Shown: positions 9,476 to 19,436 of the stretch, one piece after another
How positions within the stretch are numbered: position 1 is the first letter of the stretch
Layout: the number at the start of each line of letters is the position of its first letter
The notes under the pieces: model-generated
Told to the model about the DNA's origin: nothing
Seen by the model: only the letters and a program-made list of their open reading frames with translations
The model's database searches: none
Translations under genes and position numbers: made by a program
Assembly (NCBI GenBank): GCA_965248695.1
Contig: CBDFKD010000002.1
Span: 2,336,001-2,400,000, forward strand
Direction of reading: 5' to 3'
Source of the DNA: Acidobacteriota bacterium
Lineage (GTDB): Bacteria; Acidobacteriota; UBA890; WLXD01
DNA: 64,000 nt

Positions 9476-10893
9476 CGGGTTGCCTCCCCGTTCGAGGGGG
9501 CGGCGCCTTGCTGGTAGTCCAAGGACAGCGCCCCGCTGCTGTCGCCGAACGCCTGCATGTCCTCGTGGCCAATCTTGTGCATCAGGCTCAGGAAGGCATT
9601 CGCCATCGGCGTTCCCTCCGGAGCCTCCACATGCAGGCCACCTTCGAGGGCGCCGTTGGCGCCTCCGAGGATCAACAGCGGAGCCCGACGGTGGTTGTGG
9701 AGGTTGGGATCGGCCATCGGCGACCCCCAGACGATCGCCGTCTTGTCGAGCAGCGACGCCCCGCCTTCGGTCGTGTCCCGCATCTTCTCCAGGAAGTACG
9801 CGAGTTGCCCGAGGCGGTAGGTGTTGATTTGGTGAAAGTTCGTGAGGTTCGCTTCGACGTTGCCGTGGTGCGAGAGCGAATGGATCGACTTCGGGACCCC
9901 GCTCTGCGGGAACGTGCGATTCGATAGATCAAGCCCGGTCTTGAACGTGATGACGCGGGTGAGATCCGTTCGCAGTGCCAGCACCTGCAGATCGAACATC
10001 AGCTGCATGTGCTCGTCGAACGAGTCCGGAATCCCGGTGGGCGCCTCGGGCATTTCCCGCAACTCGCCGCTCGTATTGCGCGCCTCCACCAGCTGAATTC
10101 GCCGCTCGATCTCGCGAATATGCTCCACGTACTCGTCCAGGGCGACGCGATCCACGGCGCCCAGGCTGCGCTTGAGCCGCGCCACCTCGGTGGTGATCCA
10201 GTCGATCAGGCTCCGATCCGTGCGGCGACGAGCGGCGCGATCCTCCGGAGTATCCCCGGCACCAAACAATCGTTCGAATGCCACCCGCGGCTCGCGAATC
10301 GCCGGCAACGGCTGGTTGGGGGAGGTCCAGGCGAGCGAGTGGGTGTAGGCGCAGTGGTAGTTGTATTCGCAACCGCCACCGCGGTCGATCTCTTCGATAC
10401 ACAGCTCCAGCGACGGCAGCACGGTGTCGCGCCCGAAGCGCTGGGCGTGGAGCTGGTCGAGCGAGGTTCCGAGGTAGATGTCCGAGCCCTGCGTCTGCTT
10501 CGGGTGCGCCTGCGTAAGGAACACGGCCGTCGAGCGGTCATGATCGCCGCCAATCTCCTCCGCACGCCACGGCTCGGCCGCCCGAACGTCCGTGTTGCTG
10601 ACGATCGTCATGGAGTCGCGGAAGTCAGCAAGCGGCGCGAGCTGGCTGCCGGCGCTGATCTCGAAGCCACGACCGACTTGAGCCGGGGCGAACAGGTGCC
10701 GGGCGGCGCCCCAATCGCTGCAACCGGCGGCGCCCATCGATTCCTCGATGCACACCAGCCGGGTGAAGGGAGTGTCGCCTCGCCAGCTCCGTCCCGCTGG
10801 GACCATGGCGTCGAGGAACGGCAGCGCCACGCTGGCGCCTGTGCCGCGCATGAACGTGCGACGCGAGAGGTGCTTCCCGGTGATGTATTCCAT
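9472..10893 (-). CDS. DUF1552 (HXXSHH) family Tat-exported protein
   Basis: LSRRTFMRGTGASVALPFLDAMVPA N-terminus; HSLSHH motif; directly follows the DUF1592-type gene. Confidence 0.9.
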   Translation of the reverse strand: MEYITGKHLSRRTFMRGTGASVALPFLDAMVPAGRSWRGDTPFTRLVCIEESMGAAGCSDWGAARHLFAPAQVGRGFEISAGSQLAPLADFRDSMTIVSNTDVRAAEPWRAEEIGGDHDRSTAVFLTQAHPKQTQGSDIYLGTSLDQLHAQRFGRDTVLPSLELCIEEIDRGGGCEYNYHCAYTHSLAWTSPNQPLPAIREPRVAFERLFGAGDTPEDRAARRRTDRSLIDWITTEVARLKRSLGAVDRVALDEYVEHIREIERRIQLVEARNTSGELREMPEAPTGIPDSFDEHMQLMFDLQVLALRTDLTRVITFKTGLDLSNRTFPQSGVPKSIHSLSHHGNVEANLTNFHQINTYRLGQLAYFLEKMRDTTEGGASLLDKTAIVWGSPMADPNLHNHRRAPLLILGGANGALEGGLHVEAPEGTPMANAFLSLMHKIGHEDMQAFGDSSGALSLDYQQGAAPSNGEATR

Positions 10894-10927
10894 GGCGTTC
10901 GATGTCCTGGTAGTCAGGCGTTCAGTT

Positions 10928-13360
10928 TCAAGGCTCTGTTTGCTGCTCTACAACCGCGCCGGAGCGCATCATCTGGAAGGGGACGCTGTTGACGACCCCC
11001 AGGATGAACGACGTCATGCGGTAATCGTTCGCCTCCGCGTCGCGCACTAGGGCCCTGATCGCCGGCTGGTCGTAGTACTCGACTCGCCGGCCGATGGCGT
11101 ACGCGAGCATGTTCTCGGCGAAGTTCCGCACCAGCGGAATCGGGCGTTTCATCAGCACATCCAGGAGCTCGGCCGCCGTGCTCACCTCCGTCCCGTCGTA
11201 GAACGTGCCGCGCGTGTCCAACGGCGCGCCGTTCTCGCGAGTTCGCAACCGCCCCGTCACGTCGTAACTGTCGAGGGCCAGGCCGATCGGGTCCATGAAC
11301 CGATGGCAGGAGTTGCAGGTCGGGTTAGCGGCATGGATCTCGAGCCGCTCGCGGGTCGTCAGCTGACGCCCGGCGGCGGCGGCCTTGGTGTCCTCGAACG
11401 CAGGGATGTCCGGGGGCGGGGGCGGCGGCGGGCTCCCCATCAGCACGTCCATCACCCACTTGCCACGCAGAGTGGGAGAGGTGCGCTCCGACATCGACGT
11501 CAGCAACAGGACGCTTCCGTGGCCCAGAACACCGCGTCGCGATTCGTCCGGGTAGTCGACGCGGCGGAACTCGTTGCCGGACACAGCGGGGATCCCGTAG
11601 TGAACAGCCAAGCGCTCGTTGAGAAACGAATAGTCTGCGGTCAGGAACTCCAAGAGGCTGCGATCCTGGCGCACGAGGTGCATGAACAGCAGCTGGGTCT
11701 CCCGCACGAGGTCGTCACGCAACTGTCCGGTGAAGTCGGGGTACAGGAAAGTTTCCGGCTTGTTGTCCTCGACGTCTTGTAGGCGCAGCCACTGCGAGGC
11801 GAAACGCGTCGCGAGTCCCTCGGAGCGGGGATCCTCTAGCATCCGGGCCACCTGCCGCGCCAGGACACGCGGTTCCGACAGCTGCCCGCTCGCCGCCACC
11901 TCGAGCAACTCCTGGTCCGGGCTCGTGGCCCAAAGGAAGAACGACAGGCGAGATGCCAGGTTGACGTCGCTCAACCGATAGCTCTCGCCGGGACGGATAT
12001 CGGCAGGCTCGCTCTCGAGCCGGAAGATGAACGACGGGCTCGCCAGGACCGCCTGCAACGCGGTTCGTATCCCCGTCTCGAACCCCGCCTCGGCGGCGGC
12101 GCGATCGTAGAACGACATCGGCCCAGCGAGGTCTTCGGCCGTCGGCGGCCGGCGATAGGCTTGCAGGATCAGGCGGGAGACGATCGACTCGGCGCACGCC
12201 CGTTCATGCTCGGCGGCCGACGGATGACAGCTGAAGACCTTCTGCCTGCTGGCGGTCTCGGAGACGCCGTCAGCCCGCACCGGACCGGTGACCATGAAGT
12301 TCTTGAGGTGCGGCAGCACCGTTATGCCGTAGTTGGCCCACCCCGCATCGTCTTCGCCGCCGGCGAAGGACCATTCGTGTGGGCTCAGTCGATCCTCGTA
12401 GGGTCCGTCGATCCTGCGAACGAACGCCGACGCGATCCGGTGCTGCCCAGCAGCGACGAAGACAGGCTCGGTGCTGATCACGTCGTCCACAGGGGCGCCA
12501 TGGGGTAGCTCGATGAGCGCCACTGCTTCGCCGTCGATCGAGATGTCGAGGTCCTCGAACCCGGTCCCGCTTCCGAACTGAGTCTCGATCGAAAACACGT
12601 ACTCCCCGTCGGTGGGAAAGTCGTGGGTAACCACCATTCCGCCCCGCGTTCCGTACGGCGTCCCCTCGATGTGATCCCAGGCGTGCTGCGATACCTCGAT
12701 CGGGTTGGTGTACTTCGTGCTGCTGGAAACCGCCTCAGCGTTGCCGACGGCCAGGCGGCTGACGTCGGTCGCGGCCCTCAGGTAGGCCTCGAGCAAGGTG
12801 GTCGAAAGCCCCTGCGCGTCGGACATGTTGTCGAAGTTGCCCAGGTAGGTGTCGCCGGGGAGCCAGCGGCTGGCATCCACCTCGAGGGCGAGCAGATCGA
12901 GAATCACCCTTTCGTACTCGGCCCGATTGAGCCGCTGGAATCGACGTGCACCGGGATTCGGCTTTCCCACGGCCGCCGTATCGACCACCGTCTCCAGCGT
13001 CTCGACGAGCGTCAGAAGCGTGTCCGCATCCGGGCGGCGGTTGCCGGGTGGAGGCATCATGCCGGCACGGAGCTTGACGATCATCCTCTCGGCGACAGCG
13101 GCCTGCTCGTGCGCGGCGGCAGCGTCGAACGTCTCGAGCGAGAGGTTGCCCCGCAGTATCTGGTCGTTGTGGCAGCGCACGCAGTACTGCCGGATGACCG
13201 GATTCAGCTCCTCTGGGGGTGTCGGTGACGGCCCGGCGGCCCAAGATGCAACCGCGGTCGCGGTTGCATCCGGCCAGCTGGTCGCACCAATCGCTGCCGG
13301 CTGACTTCCAGCAGCAAGCCAAACCACAACGATCCCGGCACCTGCAGCGATTGTCTTCAT
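10928..13360 (-). CDS. DUF1592/DUF1588/DUF1585/DUF1595 planctomycete-type cytochrome c domain protein
   Basis: Signal peptide; CVRCH and CNSCH heme motifs; RLNRAEY, LASRLSFFLW and RTSPTLRGKWV motifs. Confidence 0.9.
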   Translation of the reverse strand: MKTIAAGAGIVVVWLAAGSQPAAIGATSWPDATATAVASWAAGPSPTPPEELNPVIRQYCVRCHNDQILRGNLSLETFDAAAAHEQAAVAERMIVKLRAGMMPPPGNRRPDADTLLTLVETLETVVDTAAVGKPNPGARRFQRLNRAEYERVILDLLALEVDASRWLPGDTYLGNFDNMSDAQGLSTTLLEAYLRAATDVSRLAVGNAEAVSSSTKYTNPIEVSQHAWDHIEGTPYGTRGGMVVTHDFPTDGEYVFSIETQFGSGTGFEDLDISIDGEAVALIELPHGAPVDDVISTEPVFVAAGQHRIASAFVRRIDGPYEDRLSPHEWSFAGGEDDAGWANYGITVLPHLKNFMVTGPVRADGVSETASRQKVFSCHPSAAEHERACAESIVSRLILQAYRRPPTAEDLAGPMSFYDRAAAEAGFETGIRTALQAVLASPSFIFRLESEPADIRPGESYRLSDVNLASRLSFFLWATSPDQELLEVAASGQLSEPRVLARQVARMLEDPRSEGLATRFASQWLRLQDVEDNKPETFLYPDFTGQLRDDLVRETQLLFMHLVRQDRSLLEFLTADYSFLNERLAVHYGIPAVSGNEFRRVDYPDESRRGVLGHGSVLLLTSMSERTSPTLRGKWVMDVLMGSPPPPPPPDIPAFEDTKAAAAGRQLTTRERLEIHAANPTCNSCHRFMDPIGLALDSYDVTGRLRTRENGAPLDTRGTFYDGTEVSTAAELLDVLMKRPIPLVRNFAENMLAYAIGRRVEYYDQPAIRALVRDAEANDYRMTSFILGVVNSVPFQMMRSGAVVEQQTEP

Positions 13361-13473
13361 ACGACTTCCTTCAAGCTACTTGCTGGCGCAGTTATAGCAT
13401 GGTACGCGTTCAGATCCGCGGGGCGGCGACGGCTCGCCGATCCCACTCCGATCCCGTTCGCACGAGGACCCGC

Positions 13474-14760
13474 ATGCGCCGAGTGGAGAGCCTTGCCCAC
13501 GCCCTAGCCACATTGCCCACGCTTTTCTGTGTTGTGGCGATCCTGATGACCGCCTGCGCCGCTCCCGAACCCGGCCCTGGCGCGGCCACGACCGCGTTCG
13601 AGGGAGCGCGACTGATCCTCGGAAACGGCACGGTGATCGAGGATGCGGTGTTCCTTGTAGAGGCCGACCGCTTCACCGCAGTCGGCTCGCCGGCCGACAT
13701 CGAGATTCCCGCAGGCGCAGCTCGTGTCGATCTCGGCGGCAGCACCGTCATGCCGGCGATCGTCAACGCTCACATCCACCTGGCGACCGACCGATCCGAA
13801 CGCACCTCCCAGCTGCAGCACATGGCGTACTACGGAGCCGGCGCCGTCGTCAGCCTCGGCCACGACGACGGTGACGTGCCGTTCCAGATGCGCGACGAGA
13901 TCGTTCCCGACGGTGCCCGGTCGCGTACCGCGGGGCGGGGCATCACGGCGCCGGAGCCCGGACGGTCGGAAGTCCCCTTCTGGGTTGCGAGCGAGGAGGA
14001 GGCGCGCGCCGCCGTACAGGAGCTCGCGGGTCGAGAAGTGGACATCGTCAAGATCTGGGTCGATGATCGCGGCGGCCAATACGACAAGCTCTCACCCGAG
14101 CTCTACGGCGCCGTCATCGACGAGGCTCACGAGCACGGCTTGATGGTCACCGTTCACGTCTTCTATCTCGACGACGCCAAGGGCCTACTCCGCGCCGGCA
14201 TCGACGCCTTTGCGCACGGCGTTCGTGATCTGGATGTCGACGACGAGCTAGTGGCGCTGTGGACCGAGCGCCCGAACGTCGTGCTGGTACCCAATCTCCC
14301 AGGCCCCGGCGTGGCGCTCGATCTCGGGTGGCTGAGCGGAACGGTGCCGGCCGCCGACCTGCAGCAAATGCAGGAAGCATCTACCGATCGCCCGGCAGCC
14401 CAGGAGGCCTTCGGAATACAGGCCCGGAGCCTGGCGCGGCTCAGCGAAGCAGGCGTGAAGATCGCCTTCGGCACCGACGGCAGCGCCGCATGGGCGGTGC
14501 ATCAGGAAATGGAGGACATGGTGCGGTCGGGCATGTCACCGGACGACGTCATCGTCGCCGCCACCGCGACCTCCGCTGAGCTGATGGGGTGGGAGGATCT
14601 CGGGACGGTGGCAGCCGGCAAGAGCGCCGACTTCATCGTCCTGGATGCGAATCCCCTGGAGGACATCACCAACACCCGTCGAATCACGTCGGTCTACCTG
14701 CGCGGCGCCGAGATCGATCGGCAGGCGATCAGCGCCCGTCTCCGAGGCGAGACACCATAG
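13474..14760 (+). CDS. Amidohydrolase-family lipoprotein
   Basis: Lipobox-like MTAC; NAHIH, VKIW, HVF, AHG and FGTD metal motifs; GKSADFIVLDANP. Start inferred from the RBS. Confidence 0.85.
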   Translation: MRRVESLAHALATLPTLFCVVAILMTACAAPEPGPGAATTAFEGARLILGNGTVIEDAVFLVEADRFTAVGSPADIEIPAGAARVDLGGSTVMPAIVNAHIHLATDRSERTSQLQHMAYYGAGAVVSLGHDDGDVPFQMRDEIVPDGARSRTAGRGITAPEPGRSEVPFWVASEEEARAAVQELAGREVDIVKIWVDDRGGQYDKLSPELYGAVIDEAHEHGLMVTVHVFYLDDAKGLLRAGIDAFAHGVRDLDVDDELVALWTERPNVVLVPNLPGPGVALDLGWLSGTVPAADLQQMQEASTDRPAAQEAFGIQARSLARLSEAGVKIAFGTDGSAAWAVHQEMEDMVRSGMSPDDVIVAATATSAELMGWEDLGTVAAGKSADFIVLDANPLEDITNTRRITSVYLRGAEIDRQAISARLRGETP

Positions 14761-14829
14761 AGTTCGGGCCGTCGACGCGGACCATCGGGTACGCGTCGGC
14801 GGCTTCCGCTTCGTCGCGGCCTGATAGGC

Positions 14830-15186
14830 CTAGCAGACCGCCAGCTCGCCCCAGACCGCCAGCTCGTTGCCGCTGGGATCGGCAAAGTGGAAACGACGGC
14901 CGCCGGGGAACTCGAAGATCTCTTTGACCACGCGGCCGCCGGCGCGCTCGACCGCCGCGACGCTCGCCTCCAGATCGCCCGAATAGAGTACGACCAGCGC
15001 GCCTCCGGGTCTCACGTCCTCGCTCTGTGCGAGCCCTCCCACCTCACCGGACCCACCTTTGATCCCCGCGTAGGTCGGCCCATAGTCGTTGAACTCCCAC
15101 CCGAAAGCGTCGGCATAGAAGCGCTTCGCCTCGGTGACGTCGGTGACTCCGAGCTCGATGTAGTCGATCGTGTGATGAGTGTGCAT
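14830..15186 (-). CDS. VOC/glyoxalase family protein
   Basis: IDYIELG, FYADAFGW and GGRRFHFADPSGNELAVW motifs. Confidence 0.88.
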   Translation of the reverse strand: MHTHHTIDYIELGVTDVTEAKRFYADAFGWEFNDYGPTYAGIKGGSGEVGGLAQSEDVRPGGALVVLYSGDLEASVAAVERAGGRVVKEIFEFPGGRRFHFADPSGNELAVWGELAVC

Positions 15187-15269
15187 GTCGTTATCGTCTC
15201 TCGTGCCGGTTTGCGCATCGGGCACAGACAGTCGGCTTCTGCCCGCGCCGCGCTGCCGCGTGCGGAGGA

Positions 15270-16337
15270 CTATAGCGACGCGGCAAAGCTCCTGATGTCG
15301 TGCACGGTGGATAGGTACACCTCAGGCATCTCTGCGCGGAACATGCAATCGCCGCCGTGGCACGTCCCGTTCACGGTTCGGCTGACGGTCGGCACACCGG
15401 CGGCGAGCAGCTTCTGGTAGTAGATCAGGCCCTCGTCGCGCAGCGGGTCGAGCTCGTTCACCGAGATCACGTGGGGCGGCAGACCTTCGAGATCGCTCCC
15501 CGATGCGTGATACGGCCAGGCGAGCGGGTTGGTGACGTTGGTGCGGTCCGGGTCGTACAGCCCGGCAAGCGCTCCCATCTGCGAGACATTGAAGAAGTAG
15601 CGATCGTTCTCGACCAGCGACCGTAGCTCGGCCGGCGGATCAGCGTAGAGGTTCGAGACATAGGGGCACTGCGCGTATACCCCGTCGAGCTGATCCAGCG
15701 TGCCGTCGCGCTTGGCTTTCAGCGCGATGGCCAGCGACAGATTGCCACCGCCGGACTCACCTGAGGCGACAATCGCCGAGACCCCGAGCTCCTCCCGGTT
15801 CCCGTGCAACCAACTCAATGCCGAGGCGCAGTCGTTCAGCCCGGCGGGAAACGGGTGATCACCGAGCACGCCGGCGGCATTGCGGAACTCGACGCCCACG
15901 ACCACCATGCCGGTGGCCGCCAGCTCGTCGCGCCAGCGCACGTAGTTGGAACCGGCGGCACGGAGAATCGCCATGCCGCCCCCATGAATGTGGAGCACGG
16001 CTGGCACGGGTCCGTCGACCGAGTCGGGCACGTGCACATAGAGCGGGATGTCGTTGCCGTCCACACCCTTGATGGTCTCGGTGCGCGACGTGACGCGTTG
16101 AACCGGCGTCAGTCCGGCGCAGATCGTGTCGAAGATCTGCTCGTAAGCGGGCTCGGCAACGCGAGCAAACTCGAGCACGGCTCCGTGCGGCGTAGTGGCA
16201 TCGATGCCGGCGGGCTCCGGAGCCCCGTCGAGGCCGACCGCACGCAGAGCAACCACCATACGAGGGTCGGCGCGGGGATCCGTGTTCAACAGGCTGGTCG
16301 GGTCGCCCAATCGACCGGGCAGGTTCGGCATGGCCAC
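15270..16337 (-). CDS. Alpha/beta hydrolase (GDXG/HSL esterase family)
   Basis: HGGG oxyanion motif, GESGG nucleophile elbow, DPLRDEG and a catalytic His. Confidence 0.9.
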   Translation of the reverse strand: MAMPNLPGRLGDPTSLLNTDPRADPRMVVALRAVGLDGAPEPAGIDATTPHGAVLEFARVAEPAYEQIFDTICAGLTPVQRVTSRTETIKGVDGNDIPLYVHVPDSVDGPVPAVLHIHGGGMAILRAAGSNYVRWRDELAATGMVVVGVEFRNAAGVLGDHPFPAGLNDCASALSWLHGNREELGVSAIVASGESGGGNLSLAIALKAKRDGTLDQLDGVYAQCPYVSNLYADPPAELRSLVENDRYFFNVSQMGALAGLYDPDRTNVTNPLAWPYHASGSDLEGLPPHVISVNELDPLRDEGLIYYQKLLAAGVPTVSRTVNGTCHGGDCMFRAEMPEVYLSTVHDIRSFAASL

Positions 16338-16379
16338 GAGTGGCGTTCTCCTCGTATCAAGACCTCAGCAGTCAAGGTC

Positions 16380-16413
16380 GTGAAGACTATCGTCCGCGCG
16401 GGAGATCCAACAG
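16380..16413 (-). promoter_or_regulatory. Promoter-like motif, copy 2 (TTGGAT-N15-TAGTCT)
   Basis: Minus strand reads ctgTTGGATctcccgcgcggacgaTAGTCTtcac, about 47 nt upstream of the esterase gene. Confidence 0.55.
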
Positions 16414-16529
16414 AGGCCAGTCGGTAGAGTGTTCATCGGCATCGACGAACAGGCGCGACACGCGACCGGGTGCGAACGATGATCCAGGCAGCGGGTCCTC
16501 CGAACCGCTGGGCCGCGTCGGCGGCACGG

Positions 16530-18188
16530 CTAATCAGGCAGCCCGAAGGTCACTAGAGCGTTTCCGGAAATCACCGAGACGTACTGCTTCCCCTCGACCA
16601 TGAACGTCACGGGAGCCATGACGATCTGCCCGCCGAGGCTCGCCTTCCAGAGCAACTCGCCGCTGTCAGCGTCGAACGCGTGGAAGTGGCCCTCACGGCC
16701 ACCGGTGAACAGCAAGTCCGAAGCCGTGGTCAGCATGCCGCTGTCGCTGACGTCGAACTGGTCGAAACTCCAGCGCGCCTCACCGGTCAACGGGTCGATG
16801 GCGATCACCGCACCGTGTCCGACCTCGTCCGTCCAGTTGTTGATCGGCGAGGTGCGTCCGATACCGATGGTCGGCGCACCGGGCGTCGGCGCCAGCACCC
16901 TGAAGCCACCGCCAAGGTAGGGTCGGCCGGGCTCGTACTCGGAGAACTCCTTGCGATAGATCGTCGCATAATCTTGCCAGGCGGCGAAGTAGAACAGCCC
17001 CGTCCGCGGGCTGTAGGACGGCGGATACCAGTTGGTGCCTCCCTGGTTCCCCGGCCAGGTGGGGGCGCCCTCCGGCTGCGGCGTCGGGATCGGTCGTCCG
17101 TTCGCGTCGAGACCGCTCGACCAGTTCACCTTGACGAACGGCTTCCCGAGCAGGAACTCGCCGTTGGCACGATCGAGCACGTAGAAGTACCCGTTGCGGT
17201 TCGCCCATAGCATCAGTTTCCGCCGCTCCCCCCTCCAGTCCATGTCGGCGAGCACGGGGACTTGAACCGAGTCGTAGTCATAGCCGTCGTTGGGGGTGAA
17301 CTGGAAGTGCCACCTCAGCTCACCGGTGTCGGCATCGAGTGCCACGACAGTGTCCGAGAACAGGTTGTCGCCCGGACGCTGGTCCGCGTTCCAGTCGGGC
17401 CCCGGGTTCCCCACTCCCCAGTACGTCAGGTTGAGCTCGGGGTCGTACGAGCCGGTGACCCACACGGACGCGCCACCGTGTTCCCAGTCGTCACCCTCCC
17501 AGGTCTCGTGGCCCGGCTCACCTGGGCCAGGAATGGTGTAGAAGCGCCAGGCCTCCTTTCCGGTATCGGCGTCGTACGCCGCGATGTAGCCGCGAATCCC
17601 GAACTCACCGCCACCGACGCCGACGATGACTTTGTCCTTCACCGCCAGCGGCGCCATGGTGATCGAGTAGGCAAGGTTCACGTCGCCGACTTTCGTCTTC
17701 CAGAGCGGTTGTCCGTTAATCGCGTCGACAGCGATCAGGTGCGCGTCCAGTGTGCCCATGAACAGCTTGTCGTCGAGCACCGCCACGCCGCGGTTGTTGG
17801 CGCCGCAGCAAACGGTGGCGTTGGCGGCGTTTGTGTAGCGGTACATCCAGAAGACGCGGCCAGTGACGGAGTCTAAGGCCATGACGTCGTTGGGCCGCTC
17901 GGTCAGGTACATGATTCCGTCGACCACGATGGGGTTCGACTGCCAGGCTCCGAAGACCTGGTTCTGGAGCATCCACTTCAGCTCCAGATGATCCACGTTT
18001 GAGGTCGTGATCTGGTCGAGGCGGCTGTGGCGCTGACTCGAGTACGTGCCGTTGTAGGTGAGCCAGTTCTCCGGCTCGTCAGCCGACCTCACGATGCGCT
18101 CGTACGGCACCTGCGCCAGCAGCGCACGCGGCGTCGCCAGCGCAGCGAGGATGATCCCTGCGACGGTGATCGACCCGGCCATTCTCAT
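16530..18188 (-). CDS. PQQ-dependent dehydrogenase, methanol/ethanol family
   Basis: Signal peptide; vicinal CC in VCCGANNRG; GGGEFGIRG, GNPGP and DGYDYD motifs; Trp-docking repeats. Confidence 0.92.
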   Translation of the reverse strand: MRMAGSITVAGIILAALATPRALLAQVPYERIVRSADEPENWLTYNGTYSSQRHSRLDQITTSNVDHLELKWMLQNQVFGAWQSNPIVVDGIMYLTERPNDVMALDSVTGRVFWMYRYTNAANATVCCGANNRGVAVLDDKLFMGTLDAHLIAVDAINGQPLWKTKVGDVNLAYSITMAPLAVKDKVIVGVGGGEFGIRGYIAAYDADTGKEAWRFYTIPGPGEPGHETWEGDDWEHGGASVWVTGSYDPELNLTYWGVGNPGPDWNADQRPGDNLFSDTVVALDADTGELRWHFQFTPNDGYDYDSVQVPVLADMDWRGERRKLMLWANRNGYFYVLDRANGEFLLGKPFVKVNWSSGLDANGRPIPTPQPEGAPTWPGNQGGTNWYPPSYSPRTGLFYFAAWQDYATIYRKEFSEYEPGRPYLGGGFRVLAPTPGAPTIGIGRTSPINNWTDEVGHGAVIAIDPLTGEARWSFDQFDVSDSGMLTTASDLLFTGGREGHFHAFDADSGELLWKASLGGQIVMAPVTFMVEGKQYVSVISGNALVTFGLPD

Positions 18189-18973
18189 TCGAGGCCTCGC
18201 AACGTAAGTAGGTAGCCGATGAGGTTCGCCACGTCGTCGCTCGGGAGTGTGATCGGCTCCATCGTGGATGTTCGACTCACCTCGTAGTCGGCCAGGTCGG
18301 CCTTCATGAGAGAACGCAGCCGCCCCTCCGAATCGATCAACTGCACCGTGTAGGTATCCTCGTTCAGCCGCCTGCCGCTGATGATCTCGTCATCATGCGT
18401 GAGGGCTCGAATCGGTCGGTTGATCGGCAACATGGCGGCATCGGGGTCGAGCAGGGTCCGCTGCAGCGCCGCGGGCGAGCGAATGGCGCCGATGTCGCTC
18501 AGGTCAGGCGCCGTCCGAGGTCCCCTTCCGTTGACACGGTGGCACGATGCGCAAGCGCCTGCTGCTTCGAAGAGCGCCTGCCCGCGCCTCGCGTCACCGA
18601 CCTTGACCGCGGTTCCTTCAGGATCGAACCCGGCCCGGATGAACGCCACGAGCGCGTCGAGCTCGGCCGGTTGAAACTCGAAGCCAGGCATCCGCGCCTC
18701 GGCCAGGCCTGTGGTGATCAGCTGGCGGAGACCAAAGTCTGACAGCGGCTGGCGGAACTGCCCCAGCCTCAGGTTCACGCCGTCCACCAGGTCACCGGAC
18801 GGCCCATGGCACAGCGCGCATTCCGCCGCGTAGAGCCGCGAGCCCGCCTCGATATCGGCGCTGGTGTACTGATGATCTCCAAGCCCCTGGGCAACGCTCC
18901 CCTCGGGCACGGCAAGCAGCAAGAAAACGCACAGCCCCAGCTGCGTTGGTCGACTAGACGAGCCTGCGGTCAT
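18185..18973 (-). CDS. Di-heme cytochrome c, partner of the PQQ dehydrogenase
   Basis: CALCH and CASCH motifs; ATGA coupling to the PQQ gene. Confidence 0.85.
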   Translation of the reverse strand: MTAGSSSRPTQLGLCVFLLLAVPEGSVAQGLGDHQYTSADIEAGSRLYAAECALCHGPSGDLVDGVNLRLGQFRQPLSDFGLRQLITTGLAEARMPGFEFQPAELDALVAFIRAGFDPEGTAVKVGDARRGQALFEAAGACASCHRVNGRGPRTAPDLSDIGAIRSPAALQRTLLDPDAAMLPINRPIRALTHDDEIISGRRLNEDTYTVQLIDSEGRLRSLMKADLADYEVSRTSTMEPITLPSDDVANLIGYLLTLRGLE

Positions 18974-19012
18974 CTCACAACGGCCATTGTCTCGGACTGC
19001 AGTCCGCCTGCT

Positions 19013-19426
19013 TCAATCGGCCCCGAACACACGATGCGCAATCCACATGCCTCCCACCATGGCGGGCACGAACACCACGGCCTCGATTCGTGCCGCACCC
19101 AGATTCGCAAGTGCCGGCCCGGGACAGAAACCCGCAAGTCCCCAGCCAACACCGAACAACACCGCTCCGATCGCCAACCGCGCATCGAGCTCTCGGCTCG
19201 GCCTTCCGGGCCTGACACCGCCGAGGATCGGTTCGGCTCGCTTCTGTAATAACAGATTCCAGAGCGCAAACGCCGCCAGGCCACCGCCCATCACGAATAT
19301 GAGGCTCGGATCCCAGTCTGCGGTCAGGTCGAGGAACCCGATCACTTTCGCGGGGTTGGTCATACCCGAGATCGCGAGACCGACACCGAACATCGCACCG
19401 GGGAGAAGAAAGACGAGCGCGCGCAA
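19013..19426 (-). CDS. YeeE/YedE-family sulfur-compound transporter subunit (DUF6691 type)
   Basis: SGMTNPAKVIGFLD, WDPSL and GWGLAGFCPGP motifs. Confidence 0.88.
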   Translation of the reverse strand: MRALVFLLPGAMFGVGLAISGMTNPAKVIGFLDLTADWDPSLIFVMGGGLAAFALWNLLLQKRAEPILGGVRPGRPSRELDARLAIGAVLFGVGWGLAGFCPGPALANLGAARIEAVVFVPAMVGGMWIAHRVFGAD

Positions 19427-19436
19427 TCAGTTTCTC

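Noticed and set aside
13391-13420. GCGGATCT...TATAAC upstream of the DUF1592 gene as another motif copy
   Set aside because: Spacing fits, but both blocks deviate from the consensus, so it is too weak to count.
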